DNA of 64,000 bases from Macrostomum hystrix (Eukaryota > Animalia > Platyhelminthes): NCBI GenBank assembly GCA_950097015.1, contig CATNEN010000038.1:8308001-8372000 (forward strand), read 5' to 3'. The position numbers were made by a program, and so were the translations under genes. Below, piece after piece: positions 24,425 to 37,100 of the stretch. The notes under the pieces are model-generated. The model was not told the origin of the DNA. It searched no databases and worked only from the letters and a program-made list of their open reading frames with translations. Within the stretch, counting starts at the first letter, position 1. Each line of letters begins with the position of its first letter.

Positions 24425-26990
24425 AAACTTCACAAGCCATAGATACAAGCCTTAGAAGCCATAGAAATATCACAAGCTAGTAACTTCTCAAGCCATAGAT
24501 AATTCGCAAGCTAGAAACTTTACTTGCTAGATACTTAACAAGCTAAAAATTCACAAGCCAAAGATAATACGCAAGCTAGAAACTTCACAAGCTAGATACT
24601 TTACAAGCTAGAAACTTTACTTGCTAGATAATTAACAAGCTAGAAACTTTACTTGCTAGATACTTAACAAGCTAGAAACTTTACTTGCTAGATACTTAAC
24701 AAGCTAGAAACTTCACAATGCATAGATACAAGCCTTAGAAGCCATAGAAATATCACAAGCTAGAAACTTCACAAGCCATAGATAATTCGCAAGCTATAAG
24801 CTTAACAAGCTAGAAAATTCACCAGCTAGAAACTTTACTTGCTAGATACTTAACAAGCTAGAAAATTCACAAGCTAGAAACTTTACTTGCTAGATACTTA
24901 ACAAGCTAGAAAATTCACAAGCTAGAAACTTTACTTGCTAGATACTTAACAAGCTAGAAAATTCACAAGCCATAGATAATACGCAAGCTAGAAACTTCAC
25001 AAGCTAGAAAATTCACAAGCTAGATTTTATAATTTCTTCTAGCTTGTTTCTACAATGCTGGGGCTTGTAGTGAAGCCAGAACTTTACTACGATAGACTTA
25101 TTGTTCCCTAAGTCATTGAATTAAGAAATCCAATATAACTAAAGAGCTCATTTATAAAAATAAAGTTGGCATTAAAAGTCTCAGCAGTCTGCTCATACGC
25201 AGACCTGCTTACCTGCAGTCCTGAAGAAGAACAGAATTACTCTTAGAAAGCCCATATTTGTTATATTGAACAAAGCAAACTAGCCAAACAAGAGTGCTTC
25301 AGTTTTTCATTCTGCTTTTATCCGGAAAAATGACGGACTATAGTGCCATAACTGCAGCTGGCAACGAGAAAACAATTTAGTTCTCAAACAGGCAACTCTT
25401 TTAGCGGGGGCGTTGAATAGCTAAACAAAACAGCTACCTGGCTGCATGAGGCTGTGCGGATAATTAATTATGACAGCCCATACTCTGCAATCCGTAAAAT
25501 CCAGTGTCAAAACTTACTGACTGGTGATAGCCTAAAATGATTATCGTAAAATAAATTATTTTGTAAAAGATAATACGCAAGCTAGAAACTTCACAAGCTA
25601 GAAACTTTACTTGCTAGATACTTAACAAGCTAGAAACTTTACTTGCTAGATACTTAACAAGCTAGAAACTTTACTTGCTAGATACTTAACAAGCTAGAAA
25701 CTTCACAATGCATAGATACAAGCCTTAGAAGCCATAGAAATATCACAAGCTAGAAACTTCACAAGCCATAGATAATTCGCAAGCTATAAGCTTAACAAGC
25801 TAGAAACTTCACAATGCATAGATACAAGCCTTAGAAGCCATAGAAATATCACAAGCTAGAAACTTCACAAGCCATAGATAATTCGCAAGCTATAAGCTTA
25901 ACAAGCTAGAAAATTCACAAGCTAGAAACTTTACTTGCTAGATACTTAACAAGCTAGAAACTTTACTTGCTAGATACTTAACAAGCTAGAAACTTCACAA
26001 TGCATAGATACACGCCTTAGAAGCCATAGAAATATCACAAGCTAGAAACTTCACAAGCCATAGATAATTCGCAAGCTATAAGCTTAACAAGCTAGAAAAT
26101 TCACAAGCTAGAAACTTTACTTGCTAGATACTTAACAAGCTAGAAAATTCACAAGCTAGAAACTTTACTTGCTAGATACTTAACAAGCTAGAAACTTCAC
26201 AAGCCATAGATAATTCGCAAGCTATAAGCTTAACAAGCTAGAAAATTCACAAGCTAGAAACTTTACTTGCTAGATACTTAACAAGCTAGAAAATTCACAA
26301 GCTAGAAACTTTACTTGCTAGATACTTAACAAGCTAGAAAATTCACAAGCCATAGATAATACGCAAGCTAGAAACTTCACAAGCTAGAAAATTCACAAGC
26401 TAGATTTTATAATTTCTTCTAGCTTGTTTCTACAATGCTGGGGCTTGTAGTGAAGCCAGAACTTTACTACGATAGACTTATTGTTCCCTAAGTCATTGAA
26501 TTAAGAAATCCAATATAACTAAAGAGCTCATTTATAAAAATAAAGTTGGCATTAAAAGTCTCAGCAGTCTGCTTATTCGCAGACCTGCTTACCTGCAGTC
26601 CTGAAGAAGAACAGAATTACTCTTAGAAAGCCCATATTTGTTATATTGAACAAAGCAAACTAGCCAAACAAGAGTAGCTGCAGTTTTTCATTCTGCTTTT
26701 ATCCGGAAAAATGACGGACTATAGTGCCATAACTGCAGCTGGCAACGAGAAAACAATTTAGTTCTCAAACAGGCAACTCTTTTAGCGGGGGCGTTGAATA
26801 GCTAAACAAAACAGCTACCTGGCTGCATGAGGCTGTGTGGATATTCCGTTTTCCATTTTAGACAAGTAAAAAATAAGTTTGTTGAATTATGACAGCCCAT
26901 ACTCTGCAATCCGTAAAATCCAGTGTCAAAACTTACTGACTGGTGATAGCCTAAAATGATTATCGTAAAATAAATTATTTTGTAAAAAAG
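24425..26990. repeat. Tandem duplication of a unit made of a complex AAGCTAGA-based satellite plus ~550 bp of other sequence
   Basis: ~25020-25568 is nearly identical to ~26400-26985, and each copy is preceded by a satellite block. Confidence 0.9.
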
Positions 26991-27154
26991 AGCAGAAAAA
27001 ATATTTTTCTCCTAAGCAATGGATGTGCTGTGTAGCTTATTCAGAATATTTACTAAATTATCCCATCAGAAAAAAATGTCGGAAAATTTTGGAGTATCAA
27101 AACTTGCATAAGTGTCAAGGGGCGGAATAAAAATAGAGGCAGGAATTTTAGAGA

Positions 27155-28620
27155 ATCGAAATGGCGTAAAAATGGCAGGAGGACAGAAATGGCGTAGAAA
27201 TGGCGGGGGACATATATTGCTTAAAATGGCTGGAAGACCGAAATGGCGTACGAGCCGTAGAAGTGACGGGAGGACCGAAATGGCGTAGAAGTGACGGGAG
27301 GACCGAAATGGCGTAGAAATGGCGGGGGACATATATTGCTTAAAATGGCTGGAGGACCGAAATGGCGCAGAAGTGACGGGAGGACTGAAATGGCGCAGAA
27401 GTGACGGGAGGACCGAAATGGCGCAGAAGTGACGGGAGGACCGAAATGGCGTAGAAGTGACGGACCGAAATGGCGTAGAAGTGACGGGAGGACCGAAATG
27501 GCGTAGAAGTGACGGGAGGACCGAAATGGCGTAGAAGTGACGGGAGGACCGAAATGGCGTAGAAATGGCAGAAATACAGAAATGGCAGGAGGATAGAAAT
27601 GGCGTACAAATGGCGGGGGACATATATTGCTTAAAATGGCTGGAGGACCGAAATGGCGTAGAAGTGACGGGAGGACCGAAATGGCGTAGAAGTGACGGGA
27701 GGACCGAAATGGCGTAGAAGTGACGGGAGGACCGAAATGGCGTAGAAATGGCAGAAATACAGAAATGGCAGGAGGATAGAAATGGCGTAGAAATGGCGGG
27801 GGACATATATTGCTTAAAATGGCTGGAGGACCGAAATGGCGTAGAAGTGACGGGAGGACCGAAATGGCGTAGAAATGGCAGAAAGACAGAAATGGCAGGA
27901 GGACAGAAATGGCGTAGAAATGGCGGGGGACCTCTACTGCTTAAAATGGCTGGAAGACCGAAATGGCGCAGAAGTGACGGGAGGACCGAAATGGCGTAGA
28001 AGTGACGGGAGGACCGAAATGGCGTAGAAATGGCAGAAAGACAGAAATGGCAGGAGGACAGAAATGGCGTAGAAATGGCGGGGGACCTCTACTGCTTAAA
28101 ATGGCTGGAAGACCGAAATGGCGCAGAAGTGACGGGAGGACCGAAATGGCGCAGAAGTGACGGGAGGACCAAAATGGCGTAGAAATGGCAGAAAGACAGA
28201 AATGGCAGGAGGACAGAAATGGCGTAGAAATGGCGGGGGACCTCTACTGCTTAAAATGGCTGGAAGACCGAAATGGCGCAGAAGTGACGGGAGGACCGAA
28301 ATGGCGCAGAAGTGACGGGAGGACCAAAATGGCGTAGAAATGGCAGAAAGACAGAAATGGCAGGAGGACAGAAATGGCGTAGAAGTGACGGGAGGACTGA
28401 AATGGCGTAGGAATGACAGAAAGAGAGAAATGGCAGGAGGACAGAAATGGCGTAGAAATGGCGGGGGACCTATATTGCTTAAAATGGCTGGAAGACCGAA
28501 ATGGCGCAGAAGTGACGGGAGGACCGAAATGGCGTAGAAGTGACGGGAGGACCGAAATGGCGTAGAAGTGACGGGAGGACCGAAATGGCGTAGAAGTGAC
28601 GGGAGGACCGAAATGGCGTA
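27155..28620. repeat. Complex satellite with a 28-bp core (gaaatggcgtagaagtgacgggaggacc) and higher-order units
   Basis: Tandem array directly abutting dynein coding sequence. Confidence 0.95.
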
Positions 28621-29130
28621 GAATGCAGGCGTTCTCGCGCTGCAGCCGCGTGGTTGGCAGGCGCAGCAACTCGAGCTTGTCCGTGTCCACCTGAATTGAG
28701 AATTCATTTTTTAATACTTCATCAAACCGCTCGTACAACGGTTGTGTCGTTACTTTGAAAAATCCGAAAAAAAGCTGCGCACCGATTTGAATAGAAAATC
28801 AGCCAGCTCTACTGACTGTTTGCCAGCCAGCGGATCAAACAGGGACTTGGTCCGGCCGGCCGGAACGCCGGCAGCTTCACACAATTGGCGAAACTTTCCA
28901 GCCAATCGGCGACGAGCATCGGCTGACAGGCCGCCGCAGTAGGTTACGAAGGCAGCCGCCACGGCGCAGTTGGCCTGCAGCACGGCGTCGCTGGAGAACT
29001 CCGTCACAAAGGCGGACCACTCGGCCTCCATCGGCTGCAGCTGGCGCAAAACGGCGAGGCAGCGACGCAGCCGCTCGTCCATGGAGTCGATCTCGCCCTG
29101 CAGGCGGTGCTTGTTAAGGATGACGTCATT

Positions 29131-29584
29131 GTACTCCTTCTGCAAGCGCTTCAGGTCTTTCTCGACGGTGTCGGCGTCCTCAGTGGCTGCGGCGGCGTCG
29201 GCTGCGGCCGCTTCGGCATCGGCGGCGGAGGCTGCGTCGGCGGCTGCGGCGTTGGCCTGTGTAAGTACGAGCTTATTGTGGGATTTTAAATTTGCTTAAA
29301 GATTTTTAAGAATTAATTTTGGCCATTGGCCTTCATGGTCATAAAGTTCATAAAAAGCGTTGAAAAAAAAGAAAAAAACAAAGCTCAACAGAAAATTTTA
29401 ATGGCAATCACATGTGTAAAAGTGCGTCGTGCTCATTTGACCCTCACAAGTGACAAGATTTTTCAGACTAGTCAGGTCAAACAACAAACTTATTTGGACC
29501 CATGAGAAATCCTACAATATATTTTTAAGCAAAATAAAAAATCGGTGCAATTAAAGTGCAAGCGTGGATGCTCGAAAGTCAACC
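29131..29584. repeat. 454-bp host duplication, copy 1 (copy 2 = 33742-34195)
   Basis: Apparently identical dynein exon/intron sequence (gtactccttc...gaaagtcaacc) on both sides of the gypsy element. Confidence 0.92.
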
Positions 29585-32500
29585 GTGGCGACGAGTGGCA
29601 GCAGTACCAGGAAAGACTGGAGCAGTTTTTCGAGGCCAATGATATCAAAGATGAGAAAAAGCGCGCCGTTCTCCTCAGTGTCTGCGGCAAGAAGACTTAC
29701 CAGCTAATAGCCAGCCTGCTAGCTCCTGGTACTCCGGCTGCAAGCAGCTATGCAGACATCTGCGAAACACTGAAGAATCACTTCGACCCCGAGCCACCCG
29801 AGATCGTTCTGCGATTCCGTTTCTACACCCGAAGTCGCCGTGCCGGCGAGTCAATTGCTGACTTCCTCGCCGACCTTCGCAGACTGGCCAGGGACTGCAA
29901 CTTTGGCAGCAGCCTGGACAGCATGCTCAGGGACAGGTTCGTGCTTGGCATCAACGACGACAACATCCAGCGGAGGCTGCTGTCAGAGCGGAAGCTTACG
30001 CTCGACACCGCACTGTCTCGAGCCCAGGCCGAAGCTTCAGCAGCCGAAGGGAACCTGATGGTGACCAAATCTTCGGCCAGCCAGGAGGCCTTCCAAATCG
30101 CCAAGCAGCCGGTCGCTAAGCGCTGTTTTCGGTGTCTCTCGCAGCGGCACGCGGCTGCCAAGTGCCCCTTCGTTGACAAAAAATGCTTCAATTGCTCGAA
30201 GCTGGGCCACGCGGCTGCTGCCTGCAAGTCGCCGGCTGCCACAAATCGTCGGGGCGATCAGGCCGTCAGGGAGGTCGAGCTGGAAGAGGAAGAGACGCAT
30301 TCACTGCACGTAATGGCTGAACGACGGAGAGGGAAGATTCCGCCGATCGAGACAACGGTGCTTATCGATGGCACGCCGGTGCGCATGGAGATTGACACCG
30401 GCGCGTCGGTCTCACTCATTTCGTCGGACACCTTCCGCTCAGAGCTGCGAGGACGGCCCAAGCTTGAGCCCGCCAACGCCCACCTGCGCACGTATTCAGG
30501 AGAGCCTGTTCCGCTGCTCGGCAGAATCATCGTCCAAGTGCGGGCGGCTGGAGCGGCCAAGGAGCTTCCACTGCTTGTCGTCAACGGCTCAGGTTCGAAC
30601 CTGATCGGCCGCGACTGGCTTGCTGACCTGCCTCTGGACTGGCGCAGCATCAAGCAGGTGACCAAGGACGGCGAGCACCCGAGAATCCGCGCCCTGCTTG
30701 ACCAGTACGCCGATGTTTTTGAGCCCGGACTCGGTAAGTGCAATGGGCCACCTGTACGGCTGCACTTAAAAGACGGAGCCCGGCCTCGATTTTTCAAAGC
30801 GCGCACCGTTCCCTTTGCTCTCAAAGCCAAGGTGGAGGCCCAGCTCGACAAAGAAATCGAGCAGGGCGTGCTCGTTCCCGTGAACAGCTCGGACTACGCA
30901 TCGCCGATCGTGCCGGTCCTCAAGTCCGACGGCTCGGTGCGCATCTGTGCGGACTTTAAGCAGACGGTCAACATCAACATCGAGCCTGACAAGTACCCGC
31001 TGCCACGCATTGACGAGCTTTTTGCCAAGCTGGCCGGCGGCCAAAAGTTCACCAAGCTCGACTTGTCGCAGGCCTACTCCCAGATGCCGCTTGACGAAGC
31101 AGCCCAGCAACTCTGCACCATCAACACCTCTAAGGGCCTGCTTCGGTATACCCGGCTGCCGTTCGGCGTCGCTCCAGCTGTCGGCATCTTCCAGCGGTAC
31201 ATGGACAGCCTGCTGCAGTCCATCCCGCATGTCGCCTGCTTCATTGATGATCTGATCATTACTGGTGCTGACGACGGAAGCCATTTACGCTCCCTAGAGC
31301 TGGTGCTGCAGCGACTGCAACAGAGCGGTCTGCGCTGCGGCCTCGGCAAGTGCAACTTCATGCAGGAGAGCGTCTGCTACCTAGGCCACAGGATCGACGC
31401 CGCAGGCCTCCATCCGCTTCAGGACAAGGTGCGCGCGATCGTGGACGCTCCACCACCGCGGAATGTGACGCAGCTCCGCAGCTTCCTTGGCATGGTCAAC
31501 TATTATGGCAAGTTCATGCCGAACTTATCTGCCGAGCTGGCATCGCTGCACCGCCTACTAGACCAGGGCGCCGAGTGGCGTTGGGGTGCCCCGCAAGACG
31601 CCGCGTTCAACAAGTGCAAGAAGCTCCTCAGTAAGGCGCCGGTCCTGGTGCATTTTGACGACAGCAAGCCATTGGTCCTGGAGTGCGACGCCTCGCCGTA
31701 CGGCATCGGCGCTGTCATCAGCCACCGGATTAACGGCATCGACCAGCCGATCGCTTTCGCTTCACGCTCGTTGCACGACGCCGAGACAAGGTATTCCCAG
31801 TTGGACAAGGAAGCCCTAGCAATAATCTTCGGCGTAAAACGCTTTCACTCGTACCTGTACGGCCGGAAATTCACACTCATCAGCGACCACAAGCCGCTGC
31901 TGGGGCTGCTGCATGAAGGCAAGCCGATTCCTGCGATGGCATCAGGCAGGATCCAGCGGTGGGCGCTTCTCCTGTCCGCCTACAGTTACACGATGGAGCA
32001 CCGGTCCGGCCGATCGCTGCTGCGAGCGGACGCGCTGAGCCGGCTGCCGCTTCCCGAGAGACCGCGGGACGCACCAGTACCAGCAGACGTGGTTCTCGTC
32101 ATGGACATGCTGGACGAAGGACCGGTCACAGCCGGAGACATTCGAGTCTGGACCCGGAAGGACCCGGTCCTTTCCAGAGCGCTGCACTTCACCGAATGCG
32201 GCTGCTGGCCGGAGCAGACGAGCCCAGAACTGCAGCCGTATCGATCCCGACGCGACCAGCTCAGCGTGCAGGACGGCTGTCTGCTCTGGGGCACTCGAGT
32301 CGTGGTGCCGCACGCCGGCCGGTCTGCGCTGCTACAGTGTCTGCACCAAGGACACCAGGGTGCGTCCAGAATGAAGGCGCTCGCTCGAAGTTTCTTTTGG
32401 TGGCCCAAGTTGGATGAGGCGATCGAGCAGCTTGCCAGTGACTGCGCGGACTGTCGAGAGCTGCAGAAGTCACCGGCACCGGTGCCGCTGCACCCATGGG

Positions 32501-33408
32501 CGTGGCCGGACAGGCCGTGGTCGCGCCTCCATATTGATTTTGCAGGCCCAGTCGAGGGCAAGATGCTGCTGGTGGTAGTCGATGCCCACTCCAAGTGGAT
32601 GGACGTGCATGTCATGACGTCCACAACTTCGGCGGCGACCATCCAGAGGCTGCGGGAGAGCTTCTGCACTCATGGGCTGCCAGACATCATCGTGACGGAC
32701 AACGGCCGCAACCTGGTCAGCGAGGAGATGGAGAAGTTCCTGCAGCAGAACGGCATCCGGCACGTGCGGACCGCGCCCTATCACCCGGCGTCCAACGGGC
32801 AGGCGGAGCGAGCGGTCCAAACGCTAAAGAAGTCGCTGGCGAAGCAGAAGAGCGGCTCGCTGGAGGGCCGGGTGGCGCGCTTCCTACTGACCTACCGCGT
32901 GACGCCTCACGCCACGACTGGCGCCCCGCCGTGTGAACTGCTGATGGGAAGGCGGCTGCGGTCCCTACTCGATCGAGTGCGGCCGGATCTTCCAGCGAGG
33001 GTGGCTCTCCAGCAAGCGATACAGAAACAGCAACACGACGCCAACGCCCGTGATCGCCACATCGAGGTAGGCGATGCTGTGGTGGCGAGAGATTTCGCGG
33101 CGGATGGCAGATGGAAGCCGGCAGTGGTGACTGCCAGCTCCGGAGCGGCGTCTTTCTCGTGCCAGTTCGACGACGGCCGGCAGGCTCAGCGCCACATCGA
33201 TCAGCTGCGCAAGCCGCTGTCAACCGCGCCAGCCGCTGCGGCCCAGGAGTCGGAAGCCGAGCCTGTCGCGGAACCGGCGGCAGCGGAAACCCAGACATCG
33301 GCTGCGGCAGCTGCGGTCGCCAGCGACACCGCAGACACGGGCGACCCGGTGCCGATTCGACGGTCAACCAGGCAGCGAGCTACACCGGACAGACTGAGCT
33401 ATTTTTGA
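29585..33408 (+). CDS. Gag-Pol polyprotein (2 CCHC knuckles, protease, RT, RNase H, integrase), lacking its native start
   Basis: CFRC..H....C and CFNC...GH....C knuckles; DTGAS; LPFG and FIDD; CDAS; HQGH..C..C; HIDFAGP, TDNG and NGQAER. Confidence 0.95.
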
Positions 33409-33741
33409 CCGACTGACTGAGTTGTTACTTTTGCCATGACTTTTGCTTTCCTTGATAAATTACCTTGCTTGCCATCTCCCCCCGGTTCCTGTTTTGTTGG
33501 GGAGGGATGTGGTGACGTGGCTCTGTTTGCGGCTGGCTAAGGCAGGTGTGTTGTGCACCTGCCCGGCACGTATCCAATTTTGGAATGTACGTGTGTTGAT
33601 GTACGTGCTTTTAAACCTTCTATCCAATGTGCATGCGTGGAGTCTGCTATCGATTTTATAAATAAAATAAAATATAAAAGTCGCTGTGTCATCGCGTTTG
33701 GTAGTAGAGTTCGTTCTACAATCTTAAGTGAAGTCTTTACA
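29585..33741 (+). mobile_element. 5'-truncated Ty3/gypsy LTR retrotransposon (Mag-like) with only a 3' LTR (33508-33741)
   Basis: Single gag-pol ORF, a PPT ggggaggga before a TG...CA LTR containing AATAAA. No 5' LTR or PBS. Confidence 0.92.
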
Positions 33742-34195
33742 GTACTCCTTCTGCAAGCGCTTCAGGTCTTTCTCGACGGTGTCGGCGTCCTCAGTGGCTG
33801 CGGCGGCGTCGGCTGCGGCCGCTTCGGCATCGGCGGCGGAGGCTGCGTCGGCGGCTGCGGCGTTGGCCTGTGTAAGTACGAGCTTATTGTGGGATTTTAA
33901 ATTTGCTTAAAGATTTTTAAGAATTAATTTTGGCCATTGGCCTTCATGGTCATAAAGTTCATAAAAAGCGTTGAAAAAAAAGAAAAAAACAAAGCTCAAC
34001 AGAAAATTTTAATGGCAATCACATGTGTAAAAGTGCGTCGTGCTCATTTGACCCTCACAAGTGACAAGATTTTTCAGACTAGTCAGGTCAAACAACAAAC
34101 TTATTTGGACCCATGAGAAATCCTACAATATATTTTTAAGCAAAATAAAAAATCGGTGCAATTAAAGTGCAAGCGTGGATGCTCGAAAGTCAACC
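33742..34195. repeat. 454-bp host duplication, copy 2
   Basis: Matches 29131-29584 and begins immediately after the LTR terminal CA. Confidence 0.92.
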
Positions 34196-37100
34196 AGCCG
34201 TTGCGAGGTTTTACTCTTAAATTGCGAAAAGCAAGCCTGTCAAATTTAGTTTATTAAACAAGCAGGTTTACCATCATCAGCAATTACGATTTCGTCCTTT
34301 TTCTGCAAAAATGTTTTGAAAAAGATTTATGGAAAATTTAGAATTTAGACTACAAGAAGAAGTAGCTAAAACAAACACAATCATAGTTTCATGTTAGGGG
34401 GACCGATTTTGCTAGTCCTCTAAGCTAAACCAGACTATCAATTTTGGAAGGTCATCCAAGCTCACCTTTTCGTTGTCGTCTCGCTCCGAGCGCTCACTCT
34501 CCACAATCTCGCGCTCCAGAGTTCCGATTTTGTCTTTGGCATCCTTGAGCGGACCGCAGAGGCGGCTGTACTCGACAAGAGCGATGGTGTAGTGCACCAG
34601 CGTGGCTGCGTCCTCGCTACTGTACTTGGCCTGCGAAATGGTGATGCCGCGTGGCCCGCCGTCGCCAGGAGACTGATCTCGCCGACCACGAATCTTCTCG
34701 ATATTGTCGGCACCCTCCAGCAGCGAGCCCTCACCCGTCACGCCGAGCTGGCCGTCCTTGCTCTTTGCCAGGTAGCTTTCCACAGCTACGGGGCAGAGAA
34801 AAGGAATAAAAATAAATACAAAAAACTGCGCGCTCGCTTGGTGCAGATGCACACAAAAATTATCGTACTGCCAGGTACTCACTTCTGAGCACATCTTTAT
34901 CAAGGCCATCCAGCCAGCTGACATTTTGCAGCATCTCTACAAATTTAACAGAGTCGTTCATGCTCTGCTGCATCTGCTTCCAGGCTGCTCTGTCCACCTG
35001 AAAGGAAAATAAATGGTTTATCATTTAGCCTCGACGTTCGGAATAAGACACTTAGCTTTCTCTGTATTCTATAGTCTATTATCGGCGCACCTTTTCCTCC
35101 TTTTGACCCCTTCCGGTTGGCTTTGGCTGCGCCGAGCCAAGCGAAGTTCTGTCGCCTAGCAACCCGTCGGCATCCTTTCGCTTGTCGCCGCCAGCGGCGC
35201 CGGAGCCGCCGGCAGTAAGAGTTGGCGGCTTCTTACCAATGAGCACACAGACCATCTCCATGACCTGGCCGACCAGGGCCGGTGGATTCTGGAAGGCCCG
35301 GATTCGTTCGATGCAGTTCCGGTCGACCTTGTTGCTCCAGCTGGCCACTTCTTTGCGAGCGCTCTCAAGGCTGGCCTTGCAGGCCCGATAGGTCTCCTTG
35401 GCCGCCGCCAGCTCGTCTCAGGCCTGAGTCTTGCGATTCTTCATTGTCTCCTGGCGGATCTGCTCAAATTGGCGATCGTAGTCGTCGTAGTCTTCGTTGT
35501 TGAGCAGTTCATCCTGCTTGGTTTCCTGACGAATAGAGCGAGAGTGATTCTAGAGAATTTATCCGCAACTTGGCGAGGATATACGACTAGGGACTCCAGG
35601 TAATAAAACTCGCACTAAAGCCAACGATTGAGTTCAGGACCAATGATTTAGTTACAGGACGCAAAGTTACTAGACAAATAGCTCGTATATATTTAAGTAA
35701 CAAATATTGAGTCAGGGCTGAACGGACTGAGTTGTGGACCGAGATATTATACGAAGAAAACGAAGTCAGCATTGGCACTCACTTCCGGTTGCAGGTCGTT
35801 CATTTTCAGAAAGTGGGTCAATGACGAATTGTGATCAGTGCGGGAGCGAATTTTCTCCAGAACGGTGACCTTCTTTGTCAGCTCGGCCAGCATCCGGTCG
35901 GCCTCGGCGCGAACTTCCTGATAGTTGCGCAGCTTGGCAGCCCGCGCTGCTCGAATGGTCCTCTCATCGTGCCTGCTCTGCGCCAGGGTGGCCAGAGCTC
36001 GCCTGAGCAGTGTCAGCGGGTTGCGCCGCTCACCAGTCTTGCTGGAGTACAGGTAGTGAAACGCGAGCAAGAGGCGCCTGAAGTGCATCGGCCCGATCGG
36101 CACGGCATCAATGCAGGCAGCGTCTTCGCCTGAGCGAATATGACGACTGCGCAGGTGGTCCAGTAGCACCTGCACGCAATGCGAACAAAAAATTAGGCAC
36201 GTCAAACTCTGCATCGATTTGAGCACTAACGCTATTGACTGCATTAGACTCATCCCTCAGACTAGAATCCGCGTTGAAGTTATACAATATGCGAGTATAC
36301 AGCATGCCTACATCCGTGTTCCGGAGTGTGCATTGTAGTCGACTGAATGAGCAGAATTGCCTCTTCATTGGCAGGGGCTTACACAATGACTACTAAAGGA
36401 ATTGATAAGGTGAAGATGCAACTGTGTCAAGTGGCTCATCGTACTTTAGTAGTCATGAAACCACAGCATCCCCAAGCTACTGAATTCCCTATTTGGGGGC
36501 AGCGAACCTTCTGCGCATACGGTCGGTTTGGCACGCGCAGCGTCTCCTGCTTGGAGTGGCTGCGGCTCTCTTTGTACTTTGTGAGCTCGACCTCGAGCTC
36601 CTGGTCGCCCGCCCAGGGCACCTGACGGAATTCGCGAAGCACTAGCGAATGTGCCTGGGCGAAGGCGCGGCCCAGGGCGTCAGCGTCCTCTTTGCTGAGG
36701 TTCAGCTGCTGATTGGCGCCGAAGAAGTGCTGCGCCTCCTGCAGCAGCGTCTGCATAGACCAGTCGTTTACCCAGTTCACCTGGCTGTGCTTGAGCAGGC
36801 AGGGGTAGCTGGTGACGGCCGCGCACAGAAGAGGATCACTGGGAGGCAGACAGATGACAAAGTGCAGGTATTGCCGCACTCTGGACAGGTAGAACTTCAC
36901 CGGGTCGTTTAGCAGAGCCTGGTTCTCTTTCTTGATGGTTGGCACCAGGGACTGCATCAGGGTGTCCATCTCCTCGTTGGTGAAGAGCTGCGGGTGCTCA
37001 CCGCACGCAATGATGGAGTTGATGGCGTCCCAGTAGACGCTGTCCATCATGCAGCGGGCGGTGACGATCACGGCCACGTGGACGGCGTCCAAGCCGGCCA

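Noticed and set aside
29545-29584. Native N-terminus of the 1287-aa gag-pol ORF
   Set aside because: It derives from duplicated dynein intron sequence with a GTG start; the true gag start is deleted.
29131-29584. 5' LTR of the first gypsy element
   Set aside because: The 454-bp direct repeat is dynein exon/intron sequence. The real LTR (33508-33741) follows the PPT and has no 5' partner.
29823-33416. Many overlapping and antisense ORFs within gypsy pol (likewise within dynein exons and 54496-57172)
   Set aside because: These are shadow ORFs of GC-rich coding sequence with no motifs.
35418-35420. Selenocysteine or readthrough TGA in dynein
   Set aside because: It lies in a coiled-coil of an otherwise truncated, TE-disrupted copy; a CGA>TGA nonsense change is simpler.
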